From the IMG/VR virus record IMGVR_UViG_3300009031_000368, positions 96,001 to 160,000 of that record: DNA of 64,000 nt; one strand, written 5' to 3'. Made by a program: the position numbers and the translations under genes. Each line of letters begins with the position of its first letter. Within the stretch, counting starts at the first letter, position 1. This document shows positions 42,254 to 54,416 of this stretch, piece by piece. The notes beneath the pieces were generated by a model. The model made no database searches. It saw only the letters and a list, made by a program, of their open reading frames with translations, and had not been told where the DNA came from. Source of the DNA: a virus. Taxonomy: Duplodnaviria; Caudoviricetes.

Positions 42254-45200
42254 TAATAGATACGGACATTATCCAATGATTCATTTGGAAAGAAACCGGC
42301 GAGCAATTGCCGCAACTGTTTATACTCTGTTCTGTCGGCGCCAGGCAAATATAGGTATTCACCATTATGAGGCTCACATGCCTCTACGTATTGTGTCAAT
42401 TGCCGCAACTCTTCTTGAGTTTTATCCGATTCATCCAAAAATCTGTCTAGTTCAATATAATCAATTTCTTTTATGGTTTTAACTTTAAACATGAATCACC
42501 CTAATCGCACAGGTTGAAATGTTTGGGCGCGTTCTTGATAAATGACAGGATGTCGCTATAGATGTATCCATTACCATCTGGTCCAATTGCCTGAATTGTC
42601 ATTATGCGCTTGGTATCATACTGTTGATATTTGTTTTCAAAATGGCCAGCATGAAAAGATTCCAAACTTCTAAAGCCGGATGTTCTTTTGTTGTAGCCAT
42701 CTGAACCGTCAACATGTTTGTAATGCTCACGGACGTCAACATTCATATCTTGAAGCTTTTCCAGCAGACAGTTCGCAACTTCTACCACCTTCGTCTGTGT
42801 GGTGTGAAACAAGCGTGTTGCGTTAGTGTATTGTTCGTGCATCTGCTTTGAACAAGCTTGCGAGTCATTGAGCTGTTCCAATAATTGATTAACGTCCATT
42901 ACCACTTTTCTCCATACACTGTTTCTTTTGCAAACTTCCTAAACTGTTTCACGCAATCAATTGCGCGGGTAACTGAATGTTTGATGCCAACCGTAAATCC
43001 ATTCATGGCACCAGTAACGGCACCGTAACCAAACGCGCCAATAGCTGAAAGCGGTACGGCCAACAAGATGCACAGTGGTAGCATAAAATAATTGATACAA
43101 AACCCAGCTACCGGCATATCATGAAATTCATTATTGATTGACTTGATGAACTTCGGCAATCCGCGAATACCATACTCCAGTGTTGTTTCAAAGAATGGAA
43201 TTGTGGAAACCGTAACGGCGGCCAGGCTTCCAATCAGTCCGCGTAGCGCTTCAATGATTTTGATGTCATACCGTGGCTCATCATCCTTGGCACGATATTG
43301 CTTCAGCATATTGATTTGATCCGACATGCAATCAGTAATCCATCGTCTGGCTCGATCAGCTAATTCAAATCCAAGTCGCCGTCTATACCCAGCCAATTCG
43401 CCAAATCCAACAACGGCACCATGACCGAACGATCCAATCACCACGATGGCCGGAATGGCAACCACGTTGAGCGCCGGAGATGTAATGAAGATCAGGCTCT
43501 TCAACACTGGTCCAACGTACCGGGTACGCCAAAGAGCACTATAACTATGATACAGTGCGGCAGGATACCTGGAAAGCATCGCTGCCGTATTGCCGACAGT
43601 TTCATAAATAGCGATAATTGGTGCGCCGATCAGGATACCGGCACCAGCTTCAATGATTGAAATATCGTTACTCATTTGATTCCTTTAAACTGTTATGCTT
43701 CCAATGTGTGGATTTTACGACAGAAAGTAATTGATCTATTTCTGAAATAACAGGCATGTCAGCCTCATCATAGTGAGATTCACGGCATGCATCACAATAC
43801 CCTATAATGTTTCGGGTAATCAGCAGACTTCGCCGATATGCCTTCAATCGCGCAGGATTCATCTTTTCGATTTGTTCTTTAGGTAATGACACGTAACCCA
43901 TACCTGGCTCCTATTTTGAAAATTAAGCCAAATGTATCACACATTGAAATTTTGTCAGGAAGTTTCTAGCAGTCAGATTCGCCGTATGGATCTTCGAGAA
44001 ATGCGTGGGGACCACTGACGTTATGGGTAGCTGATGAGATGTAAAGTCCTTCATCGCAGTACCGGCACCATTCACAATTAATGTGTGCCATGAACGAATA
44101 ATCGTCTTCTGGATTTAGCATGATATGTCGAATCGATAACATTGGGCTATACATGCCGTCCACTGCTTCAAGCGCTTGTTCAAACGTCTGGTATCTGGTT
44201 CGATTTTCCATTAAGAGCCTACCGTTTCATTGGTGCCGTACCATTGAAATTCATTGAGTGGTTTGTGGGTTTTGCAATTGACGCAAAAAGTGCCGGTATA
44301 GAAGTCAGGTTGCCGTGCATACGTTTCAGCAATATGTCGAGACATACTGGTAACTGTTCCACAAACAGTGTGGATGTATGACATCCTAAGCGGTCTGACA
44401 AAACCCTTGGCACGCTCGTCATCCGACAGAACCAGATATGCAAGCTGTTGACCGTCATCCCTTAATTCTCGATGGCTACGGCCTTCCGGCACGTCACGGG
44501 TAAATGCTGTCTTATCACTCATATTGTTTTTACTCCTTACATGTAGTCATCATAATACCTGTCTCTTGGCCAAAGCCCATCGACCGTAGATGTAAATTCA
44601 AACCGGAATTCAATCTTGAATGGTGCAACCTTTTTCATAGTTACTTTGGATTGCAATTCCTTGATTTCTACCCGCATCTTAATATGGTATCCGGCCGAAT
44701 CGGCATCATTATCATCGATATGCTGGTAAACATAATGCTCAGCATCCCCGATCAGCTCACGATAATCATCAACACTGCCCGGATTCGCAGCAGCCACTTC
44801 ATCGGCCAGCATATCGTCAAGGATTGACCGGCATTCATGTGATTCCAGAATATTTTGAACATCATCAATCAAGTTGCGCGGCAGATCAGATTCATCAACA
44901 ACATGTTGAGACATCTGCTTAAATGTGTCTGGTTTTGCGAACATGTTAAGATTATAGACGGTATAAAATGTTTCAGGAAAGTTTACGTCATATCCGGATG
45001 TATCGCTATAGTCGTCACTAAGTTGTTTTTGATTCCAGGAGTGTCCACGTTTTGTGGTAATGAATTTAGTCGTTGTTGCCTTTGCCTTCATGGAATCAAT
45101 ACCTGCTTGAAGCCTATCAGCAACAAACCATGAAACGGCAGATTGGATCGACTGTAACACTGAGCCTACATCGGAACCGTCAACCATACCGGTTACCAGG

Positions 45201-45544
45201 TCGACGAACAGCAGCTGAAGCCTGGACGGTTTGCGTGCAATTGATTGCGCGGGAATGCGGCTTGATTTTGATTTCTTCATCACGATACTCCACTCCACAA
45301 TTAAAACATTATGCTCAATTGTAGTAAAACATCAGACCAGTGTCATATCGGCAGGTAATATGTCGGATTGCTCCACAAGATTTATATCGATAACCTTGTA
45401 TCCGATAACGGTATACTCGATGAAAGAATATGGGACCACTTGAATATCGGAATATCCTTCATCTAGAAGTGCCTGAATATATAATTCCAATACATGTTGG
45501 AATGTCGATATACGGGCAACCTTACAGATCTTTCGTGTAGCCAT
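42244..45544 (-). CDS. Cluster of hypothetical proteins (42244..42492, 42501..42905, 42899..43675 membrane, 43668..43901, 43966..44211, 44211..44522 Zn-binding, 44537..45298, 45332..45544)
   Basis: Co-oriented small ORFs; 42899..43675 has several hydrophobic helices. Confidence 0.55.
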
Positions 45545-45568
45545 ACAGTTGTTCCTTTTGTTTAAGGC

Positions 45569-46549
45569 TCAATGTGTGTAATGCGCTAGGATTGAATCGC
45601 TGTAGATTGATTCAACGTATTGCGTCCACCGTTCTAGATCGATTGAGCGCTGAAGCTTAGATGTCTGATGCGCGGCCAGAACACGATCCAATCGCTCTTC
45701 AATAAATACCTGAACTGTTTCATAACTGAAACAACCTGTTCTAATCTGTTTCAGCCATTCACAATTAGGCCGTGGCAGCGTGATGTGACCAGTAGTTAAC
45801 AGTTCTTCTGCTTCATCGGCAATCCGGACAGCATGCATCAACGCTTTGTAGTCGACACCATCATTGGTTAGAGTCTTTTTCGCCCGATCGCCGTATTGGT
45901 TCAACACTCTGTCATAGATCTTAAATGCTTCCTGCACGCTGAAATGAACCGGGCACTTCCTGCCGCAAACTTCAAGATGAATGATGGTATTGCCATGGTC
46001 CATCGTTATTGGAACAAGTTTGATGTCTTCATTCTGTGCCTCTAACACAAATCTTACAACCGGTGTCTCTTCAAGCTTAATGTGTTTATCTTGATCTCTA
46101 AGAAATTCAACAGTAAGCTGTGCGGCGGCAACCCGATTGCCCTTCACACAATACTTAGCGGCTTGAGTCTTACAGTAGCCTACAAATGCCGATGTGCCGG
46201 AATGAATCAAATCATTGCGATGTTCGGCGATAAATTCCCATTCCGGCGATGTAGTGGTCCAGGCATCTCGTGGAGCAAACAACATTTCAACCGCATTGGT
46301 TTGACCATCTTTCAACAGTACGGTCAAAAAGCTTTGTAGCGTAAACAGTTCAATGTCGGTATCGGTAGATGTATTTTTACCAGCCGATGATTTTGAACCG
46401 ACATTGATCGATGTCCGTGGCGCATTCTGCAACACCAAGTCTTTCGGCGATGGTACAAAAATGCCCTTGTAATCGGTATCTGATTCAGGAAGGTTGGTCC
46501 CGTAAAGCCGCGAACCAAAGATGGTTTGGAATAGGATCTTCATAATCAA
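45569..46549 (-). CDS. Pol-beta-like nucleotidyltransferase (RlaP/YcgL-like)
   Basis: FGSRLYGTNLPESDTDYKGIF (GS...DxD), NAVEMLF, KALMHAVR. Confidence 0.85.
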   Translation of the reverse strand: MIMKILFQTIFGSRLYGTNLPESDTDYKGIFVPSPKDLVLQNAPRTSINVGSKSSAGKNTSTDTDIELFTLQSFLTVLLKDGQTNAVEMLFAPRDAWTTTSPEWEFIAEHRNDLIHSGTSAFVGYCKTQAAKYCVKGNRVAAAQLTVEFLRDQDKHIKLEETPVVRFVLEAQNEDIKLVPITMDHGNTIIHLEVCGRKCPVHFSVQEAFKIYDRVLNQYGDRAKKTLTNDGVDYKALMHAVRIADEAEELLTTGHITLPRPNCEWLKQIRTGCFSYETVQVFIEERLDRVLAAHQTSKLQRSIDLERWTQYVESIYSDSILAHYTH

Positions 46550-46908
46550 ACTGGAACGATTGTTGTTCCATCCTTCAGTGCGCCAATGCCGTAAAGAAAA
46601 ACATCTAACTTGAAGTTGTTTTCATAACGTGGAGCACCTTTAGTGACAAGGTTGCCATCAGTGTCATAACGTAGTACCGTCTTGCCGATAACCTCAACAT
46701 GTTCATACCAAAAGTTTGAAGCACGGCGAAAAACACCAAGTTCAACATCCATAGATCGGCCTTCAGGGAAATTGATTCGATATCGGGCCAGTCCATTTGT
46801 TCCAGCCACCTTCTTTACATCTTCAACGGTCGGCACTTTTGATTTCTTCACGTTAACCTCACATGCTACAAATGATTTTTGAAAATAGGCGCTCAATTCG
46901 CCTCTCAT
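46546..46908 (-). CDS. Hypothetical protein
   Basis: 120-aa ORF. Confidence 0.5.
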   Translation of the reverse strand: MRGELSAYFQKSFVACEVNVKKSKVPTVEDVKKVAGTNGLARYRINFPEGRSMDVELGVFRRASNFWYEHVEVIGKTVLRYDTDGNLVTKGAPRYENNFKLDVFLYGIGALKDGTTIVPV

Positions 46909-48165
46909 GATCTACTGAACCGTCAACACCACTACCATGCGCAACTTCATGAACCAAAGTACCCAATAGCTGTTCACGGTCGGTGACGATTTTCCTAGCT
47001 AGATATATCACATCGTTGCAATATTGTCCTAATACATTTTTACCACAAAAATCAACCACGCTGACTTCAAATCGCCTCATGTCGACGGCCAAGCCAACTG
47101 TTTGGATTGCCCATAGGAAGTTATCGGTTTCATCGACAGTTAATTCATCGGCTGAATACATGCGTTCAACAGAATTGGCTTTCGTTTCCCTGATCGTTTC
47201 AATGTCGCCGATGACTTTGGAAACACTGTTCTGAATGGCGCGATTCACCACGATACCGCGCACGCCATAATGGCCAGATTCAATAGATTCAGATGTTGAA
47301 ACAACCGGAATCACGTTTTCGCCATGAATTGACTTAAAGTGTCGCGAGACGGCCTCATGCAGATTGTTTTTATCCGAATAGTCGTATTCAAACACCTTGC
47401 TTTCTCCAAGGCTGGTATTCAGGATATTGTAGATCTGTTCATCGGTGAATCGTCCAGCTTCAACGGCTTCAGATAATACAGCCTTAATTTGCGCCTTGAG
47501 CGACCACGGGTCGGCAAGTTTCCTGTCTCGATCCAGTCCAACATGCTTGAGATCGTATCCATACCGGTATGGTTCTGGAAGCTGGCGTACGAATAATCTC
47601 TTGACGAAAAGCTTATTGGTGTGCCTGGCATCGGTCAGAATACGTCCAGACGTGCATTCAATTGCATCAATCGGCGTATCGCTCAGAAATAACGTATTAG
47701 CTTTAAAATTTCAGTCCAGATTTCCTCTATGATTCCGGAGATCTCATACTCGATAAATGCCTCGCCGTCGCGAGAACAACAACGATGTGTATCAAAGAAT
47801 AGGATGTCGCTTTGGAAGTCGTCGCTCCATCTGATTTCCGGTGTCCAGTTTTCATTTCCATTCTTAATTACAACTTCATGCCCAAGCTTAAGAAGTCGAC
47901 AAACGGCGAGCTTGTAGCCTTCGCCGAAATGCCCCGCTGCCTCATCATCGCACCGCTTATCGGTGTTGCCCAGTACCAGAGATGATGGGGAAAGTATGGT
48001 ACCATCGGTACGAACCATCAATCTGTCAGTACGCGGAAAGTGCTTAACTGTCATCCGGTGTCCCTTGCGTTCCCCGTCCTGTGCATTCTGCAAGAATTCC
48101 CGGACGCATCCGGCAGGTGTCCAATCGATATAGTTAGGACTAATGGCAATCGGCAATGATGGCAT
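46859..48165 (-). CDS. GHKL (HSP90-like) ATPase plus C-terminal HEXXH domain, interrupted by a -1 frameshift at 47701..47707
   Basis: 47683..48165 carries REFLQNAQD and GHFGEGYKLA. The -1 frame is open from ~47706 to 46859 (hand-verified: NTLFLSD...LDRDR...LVHEVAH). Confidence 0.75.
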
Positions 48166-48246
48166 ATGACATTCTCCTTTTCAAAGTGTGCGGTATGATG
48201 TCACAACACGCTAAAACGTCAACCGTAATTTGTTGAAAAATTCCAA

Positions 48247-48274
48247 TTGACATTAAGCTATCTTGTGATAACAT
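48247..48274 (+). promoter_or_regulatory. Sigma70-type promoter (divergent region)
   Basis: TTGACA-N16-TAACAT with TG extension; an opposing TTGACG-type promoter drives the GHKL gene. Confidence 0.55.
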
Positions 48275-48286
48275 GACGGGAAACGT

Positions 48287-48715
48287 TTGGAGGACGGTAT
48301 GCATAACGGCTCAATGAGTGTGGAATCAGTCGGCTGCGTGGCTGACGCGGTGTCGGACCTTTTGGCCAGTACTTCTGACATTGACTTCCATGTCGAAAAT
48401 GACGGCATTGGAAGTTACGAATGCCACGGGTATCGTGGATTTCACCACGGGACCAATTACGCTGTTGCTGATTCTGACTTAACGTTTAAAATAGATGCGC
48501 CACTGATTCGCAGGCATAAGTCAAGCTCGGCCGTTAAGAATGAAGTAGAAGTCATAAAGAGAATGTCGTTCCATGACTGGAGCGATGGATGTGATGGCGA
48601 GCATCGTGGTCCATGCCGGGCGGTTTGTGGTGAATATATGATTGAATTGAATGTCGTTGATGTCGAGATGGAAGTAATCGATGGACGGCTCGTATTTTGG
48701 GTAAGATTTCAGTAG
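48287..48715 (+). CDS. Hypothetical protein
   Basis: Isolated plus-strand ORF with SD GGAG and its own promoter. Confidence 0.6.
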   Translation: MEDGMHNGSMSVESVGCVADAVSDLLASTSDIDFHVENDGIGSYECHGYRGFHHGTNYAVADSDLTFKIDAPLIRRHKSSSAVKNEVEVIKRMSFHDWSDGCDGEHRGPCRAVCGEYMIELNVVDVEMEVIDGRLVFWVRFQ

Positions 48716-50627
48716 CCGAAAGCACGCTTCCATCTATTGGCTGCGCCGTTAGGATTTAGACCTAAAGCGATAAGGCATCTATCCGCTTGACGGTCCAGCA
48801 TTTCAAGTAATTTCTTTTTATCATTTCGGGTAATGCCGAAAGTAATCTTCACGCCAGTTTTTTCTTGGATTTCTCGTGAAAGATCCCATGTAGCAGTTGT
48901 TGGCATTGTAGGATCTTCCCCGGAATGAAATCGCACCATTCGCCAAACATATGCATACACGCCATTCTTTGGCTTGTTTGTTTTTAACTGCTTCCCATTA
49001 CCACGAACTGTTATTTCTCTCATGGCTGTGTCGTCATCGCTGGACATCTTTTTGATGTAAGTCATCACTTCTGGATCTACTTCTCCACTGACGCTCTTTG
49101 TAAGTTCATCATCCGACATCAGAGCTTCATGGATTTGGTCTACAATGGTGGCACTATCTATTGATTCATTCTCCATTGCATCCATTTCGGCCTGCGCTTT
49201 GTCGGCCAACCATTTTGAAATAACTCCAGACTGTACCAGATGTTTAAAATCCCACCGCTTCCAGGCTCGCTCTAACTCATTGATGGAATCAAGGCATTCA
49301 TCGGCCGACAGTAGGAATTCCTTTCGTATGCCGTTGCTGTCCATGTCGTAACCTTCTACCGCCCTTGCATCTTCAAGATATTCGCCGCGCAGGTACCGGA
49401 GTGAGCTAATTCTGTCCTGTATTGAATTCCCGACTGCCTCAAGCGCACCACCATTACTTTCATTGAAATATGCAACTGATTGCACGGATTCCATGAATTC
49501 ACCAATGGCCGATACCTGGAGGCTAAACGTCACTGACGGTGGGTTTATCGTAACGGTTGCTTCACTGTATGAAGATTCTGTGTTGAATTCTATCGGGCCG
49601 ACATACTTGAACCTTGTAGTGCCCAACTGTTCATCGCCGGCCAGTTTTATTGCTTTTGTGGCCTTTGGTTTGATCAGGTCTAGGATCTCTTTCTGCAGCT
49701 TACCGCCAAAGAGCGCATTGATGGCAGCTTTGCCAGTCAGCTTCTTTATCCGTTCTTCCAATACTCGCTCTTGCACTCCGAGCATACCGGATAATTCACG
49801 GCCAGATATGGTAAAATCAGCGTCTAGCTCAGTGGCGAATTCAAAACTATCCGGTTCTTGACCGGCAGAAATTTCTACACTATTGATAACAACAGGCATA
49901 CGTACTCCGTTTAATGGTTGTTTAAACAGAATACTATTCAAAAAGGCGCTTGATGTAATGGTAGTAATTGATGATGTAATCCTTAAAATACAGGATTACC
50001 AGCGGGCTGCTAAGGAGAACAATTTCAAAACCGTGAAAAGATAGCCCGTATGCCTCAAGTCGGTGCAATAAGGCAGCACTCGGGATGATTAACCAACCGC
50101 TGTATTTCATACAAATAGTCTCAAGACTTCGCCGACAACGTTTAGTGCTAGAGAAGCGCCGAATGCCAACGTGGTAGCAATCGCGATAACGGCGCTCTTC
50201 CAAAATGGAACATTGGTTTCAGTGCCTTGCACAAAGGAAACCCAGAAGTCAAGGTTTCGATCCGTCCAAATAGACAACGGGATGGTGAGTAAAACACACA
50301 TCAGAACATAACGAGACAAAAGTGATGATAGATTCATTGCAAATCGCATAGTGTCGGATTCTCCACTTTCCAATTAGCAGTTATACTGATTTGTTCAATC
50401 AGCTTTGAAGTTTCTGATTCAGAAATATCACAATCTAGCGTTTTTGTCAAGATATTTTTCAACTCTTGAGCGGAAAATCCCCAGTCGAGATTGAAGTAGA
50501 CGGTTTCCACACCATCATAACCGGTCATCCTGACTGATTGTTCAAATGCATTCTCAAATGCTTCAATGGTGTAGACGTTATCGTCAATCGTGATTCGCCA
50601 TCGACGGACCAATAGTATATCTGTCAT
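48709..50627 (-). CDS. Hypothetical proteins (48709..49941, 50107..50373 membrane, 50334..50627)
   Basis: Co-oriented ORFs. Confidence 0.55.
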
Positions 50628-52066
50628 ACATCACCATCATCAAATCCAACAACATTTGTCGCATTCAAGCAGCCTTGAGGCTTTTGCTTTTTGGCAGTTC
50701 CCTTTACCGTTGGTTTTGTCTTTTTCTTTTTATCTGGGTATGACGGCGCTGGATGTTTAAGTGAAAGCTTTTTCAATACCTTCATCATGTCATCGTTATC
50801 CATTCCAGCCTGCCTTGAAAGCTTTTTCAGGAAAGGAGACGCATCATCGTTATCAATCTCCTCATCGCTTGACATCGAAAGCGGTGCCGTTGCACGGATG
50901 ATTTCAATCAATCGTTGCCAACAAGATGTTCCACTTGTATCAAGCTTAAATGCCAACAGTTTCAAATATGCGCCAGAAAATCCGCCAGCCGCATCTGCAA
51001 TTTTTGTCAATACACCGTCTGCAATGTTGGTCGTCAGGTAATGACTTAAAATCCTTTTACGGCATCCAGCTGATAGTGGCTGCAAAATGATGATTTCATC
51101 AATTCGGCCAGGCCGCATGCCTGGGTAATAAAACTTTGATGGCGTAATGGTCATACTGCCATCATCCATGATGGTACCGATTACGGTAAAGTCTCGATTG
51201 AGAGATTCAAGTGTAGTCAATAGAAAATCGTAATCGTCCTGTCGCTCCAACACATACTGGATATCATCCAACAATAGCACCGATGGCTGAAGATAAAACA
51301 ACACCTTGCCGATATTGGTAAGGCTGAATGACTGAAACTCCCGGGATGGAATTTTAAGGATTCTACCACCAACCCGCTTTGCCAGCAGGTAACTCAATGT
51401 TGTCTTACCTGACCCGGTGTTACCTACGATGATGATGGAACGGGGTGAACCATCCGAATTCCTAACTTCAATTTCATTAACATCTGGTTCACCAATATAT
51501 GTGGCTGATGGATGAAATGCTTGCAGTTCAAGATTACTGGAGAAATCCTCGCCATCTTCATCATCGTTTGGCACAGTCATAGACCTGGTTAGAATCAATG
51601 AATCGCTGGTTCGCCAAATGATGTTCAACAGAAATTGCTTGAACAGATCAATGGATCTTACATAAAATACCGTATCGTTACGGTTACCATCATTGCCATG
51701 CAGACTGATAATGTCATTGGTCCACATCAACAACCTCCGATCTTTAATCAAACGGACGTCGCGGATCGGTTTGGTGCCACTTGCAATTATTGAATCATTA
51801 ATGACTTGGCTTAATGAAATTGGGAGATCTAGCCAGGTAAGACCTTCACCTTCTAGGAAGGTGGTCACCATGTCATCATCAAGATCAATGAAATGGTAGA
51901 TGATATCCTTAACTGATGCGGCAACCGCTATCGCGGCCGACAACTTTGATTGGCTTTGGATTTTAGAAAATCGTCCATAGATATTATCTACGATTGTTAA
52001 CTTTCGTACAAATGCGGAGACATAATTATAGATGGTGAGTTTTGCGTTTAGTGCATCGGTGTTCAT
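50624..52066 (-). CDS. AAA+ ATPase
   Basis: GNTGSGKTT, VLLLDD, RPGRIDEII, GFSGAYLK. Confidence 0.85.
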   Translation of the reverse strand: MNTDALNAKLTIYNYVSAFVRKLTIVDNIYGRFSKIQSQSKLSAAIAVAASVKDIIYHFIDLDDDMVTTFLEGEGLTWLDLPISLSQVINDSIIASGTKPIRDVRLIKDRRLLMWTNDIISLHGNDGNRNDTVFYVRSIDLFKQFLLNIIWRTSDSLILTRSMTVPNDDEDGEDFSSNLELQAFHPSATYIGEPDVNEIEVRNSDGSPRSIIIVGNTGSGKTTLSYLLAKRVGGRILKIPSREFQSFSLTNIGKVLFYLQPSVLLLDDIQYVLERQDDYDFLLTTLESLNRDFTVIGTIMDDGSMTITPSKFYYPGMRPGRIDEIIILQPLSAGCRKRILSHYLTTNIADGVLTKIADAAGGFSGAYLKLLAFKLDTSGTSCWQRLIEIIRATAPLSMSSDEEIDNDDASPFLKKLSRQAGMDNDDMMKVLKKLSLKHPAPSYPDKKKKTKPTVKGTAKKQKPQGCLNATNVVGFDDGDV

Positions 52067-52112
52067 TGATTCTCCAGTGGTTCAGATTTGTTTTATACAG
52101 ATTATCACAACA

Positions 52113-52691
52113 TCATGAAACGGTAAGGCTACTTAGCGGGATATGGGTTTTATGGCTAGTTTGTGCCAGATCCCACGTATGTTTCGTTCCACCGTCCTTC
52201 GGCACAGCACCATCGCCCCACGTATAGGCAATCACGGCATCTGAACCGCTTACCGGAATATTGCGCTGAAAGAATCCTGGAATGACATCAATAGTTGCAC
52301 CACGAGAAACAGCTTCCAGTATTCCAAGCCTAGTGTTCCGTCCACCGGGCATTTTTGCTGAGAACCTATCATGGTGATAATTGGAGACACGGCCAGGATC
52401 TTTTGAACCATTGCCTTGTTCAAATCGTCCCGTTGATGCAATCAATTGCGCGGGAAGGTAAAGATGAAGCGACTTAACAAAACCCATCAGGTATAGAGAA
52501 ACCGAGATGTGGTCGGAAAATGCCGCACCACCACTAACCAGGCATATGTCATCAATCGCGCATTCGAGAGTGGTACAAAATTCCGTTAGTCGGTTTTGTG
52601 CATCCCGCACCATGCTGACATATAGGCCATATGACATCTTGTCGTAATCTTCGCCACGGCCGGCTGTTCCGATGATGGAAATGGTTTTCAT
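52113..52691 (-). CDS. SLOG superfamily (DprA/YspA-like) protein
   Basis: ISIIGTAGR, LVSGGAAFSDH, RNIPVSGSDAVIAY, GGTKHTW. Confidence 0.65.
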   Translation of the reverse strand: MKTISIIGTAGRGEDYDKMSYGLYVSMVRDAQNRLTEFCTTLECAIDDICLVSGGAAFSDHISVSLYLMGFVKSLHLYLPAQLIASTGRFEQGNGSKDPGRVSNYHHDRFSAKMPGGRNTRLGILEAVSRGATIDVIPGFFQRNIPVSGSDAVIAYTWGDGAVPKDGGTKHTWDLAQTSHKTHIPLSSLTVS

Positions 52692-54416
52692 TTAATGGTG
52701 TCAAGATCCCGCTGGATGTTTTTTAGCATTTCGCGGACAATCCTCTCAGCGTGAACACATGTTCCCATCTCTGCGCGTGTGGAAGTAACCGTTGTGCTAA
52801 ATCCCCAAACGAACACGCCAAATTCTTCATCGTAATAAAGTGTTATGTTTACAACACATCGATTATTGGCAGCGAGACCAACGATCTTTTCATTATCTTC
52901 TATATCCCAATCCATGTATGGATAATTCTTTGCAAGTTCATGCAATGAATCCTTCAATAGTTGGATCCGTCGTTGTTCAATGTTTATTGACGCGATATCA
53001 AACCCGTTATCCACCATCCATCGGTGAGCCGTGTCATCGGTTTCGGCTGATTTGCTGACAAGTTCAAACATTTGCTGAATTTGCTGCTCGGTGAAACTAT
53101 TCATCGTTTGCTTTCTCCACAATCATCCAGTCGCCATAGTCGACCGACATATCATCTGATAGAAATTCAATTCGGCCATCACATCGGGCACACTGCCCAC
53201 GATATCTTCGCCATCCATTAAAAATCATCAGCATTTCGTGTTGATGTCCGTTCCAGCCACATTTTTTACATGACACCTTCCTTGACTTCACATATGGGCA
53301 AGGTGTCCACACTTCATTCCATTCAAATTTCGGTTTGACGGTTTGCAGGTATGTGGTTAGACGAATCCTGGCAGCCGACCAACATTCCCGGCATACCGAG
53401 ACGCCGCTTCTAGTCCTGTACTTTTCAACCGGCATGGTTTCTTTAACCAACCCTTTGCGCGGGCCTGATTTAAATAGAACGTCCTTTGGCTGTACGCCGC
53501 ATTGCATACAACCAGTTTCTGATTTGAATGTTCTAACTTGATCCAGCTCACCTATCGTCAGAGCTTCATTGACCAATACCGATAAGAATACGCCAATATG
53601 GTCAGTGCCGAGCACCAATCGTAATTGTCTCTCTTCCTTGATCCGGGCTATCTTTGCCATGGCATCCGATGAATCAGTGATGCCATCTAGCTTCAATAGC
53701 TGGTCTTCGGTAAAGTCAACAAACATAATATTTACTCGGCGGCAAGAATGATGTTCAGATCAGGAGTCGGAGTCGAAGCGGTGGGAGTATCAAGAATCAG
53801 CTCAACGGTAGCTTCATCGGTAACTGATGGTCCGTCATCGGAATCAATCAGCTGATGGACGTAACTGCCAACCATGATAACGATAACGGCAACAACAAGC
53901 ATAACACGAAACAACATAACGTTTTCTCCTATAGGCCAATACCGGCCATGTAAATTTTATGACTATCGGAATCAATCTCCATGACTCCAACAGTCGCCAC
54001 ACAATCGATGGCTGATGCCACAATATATGGCAGAGTCTTTACGACAAAGTGCCGCTCAAATTCATTAGGCAATGTGATCGACACAATCGATCCAACTGGA
54101 GGAATCGCATCAATGGTTGGAGCGGAAATATCCCGCACACCAACACTATTCCAAGTCCGGAATTGAATCTTCATAGTCCATAACCCTTGATAAGATAACT
54201 GTACAATCCCGCGTTACTGGATGAAACGACAGTAACCGCATGACGGATTGCTGTGTCGTTATCCCAGTCGTCGCCGACAATCCGCGCAATTTCGTCATAC
54301 AGCCTGATCAACTCGACACGGGTAATCAGCATATCGCCTCCGCCATCGAAATCTAGCCATATGATATCACATTGAGTATTTTTGTCAATATCTTTTTCTG
54401 AATTGACTTCAATCAT
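52688..54416 (-). CDS. Hypothetical proteins (52688..53122, 53097..53726 Zn-finger, 53732..53917, 53929..54174, 54171..54416)
   Basis: Co-oriented small ORFs; several CxxC pairs in 53097..53726. Confidence 0.55.

Noticed and set aside
42304-42410. Repeated CAATTGCCGCAACT
   Set aside because: It encodes LRQL twice in one small protein and does not match the palindromic motif.
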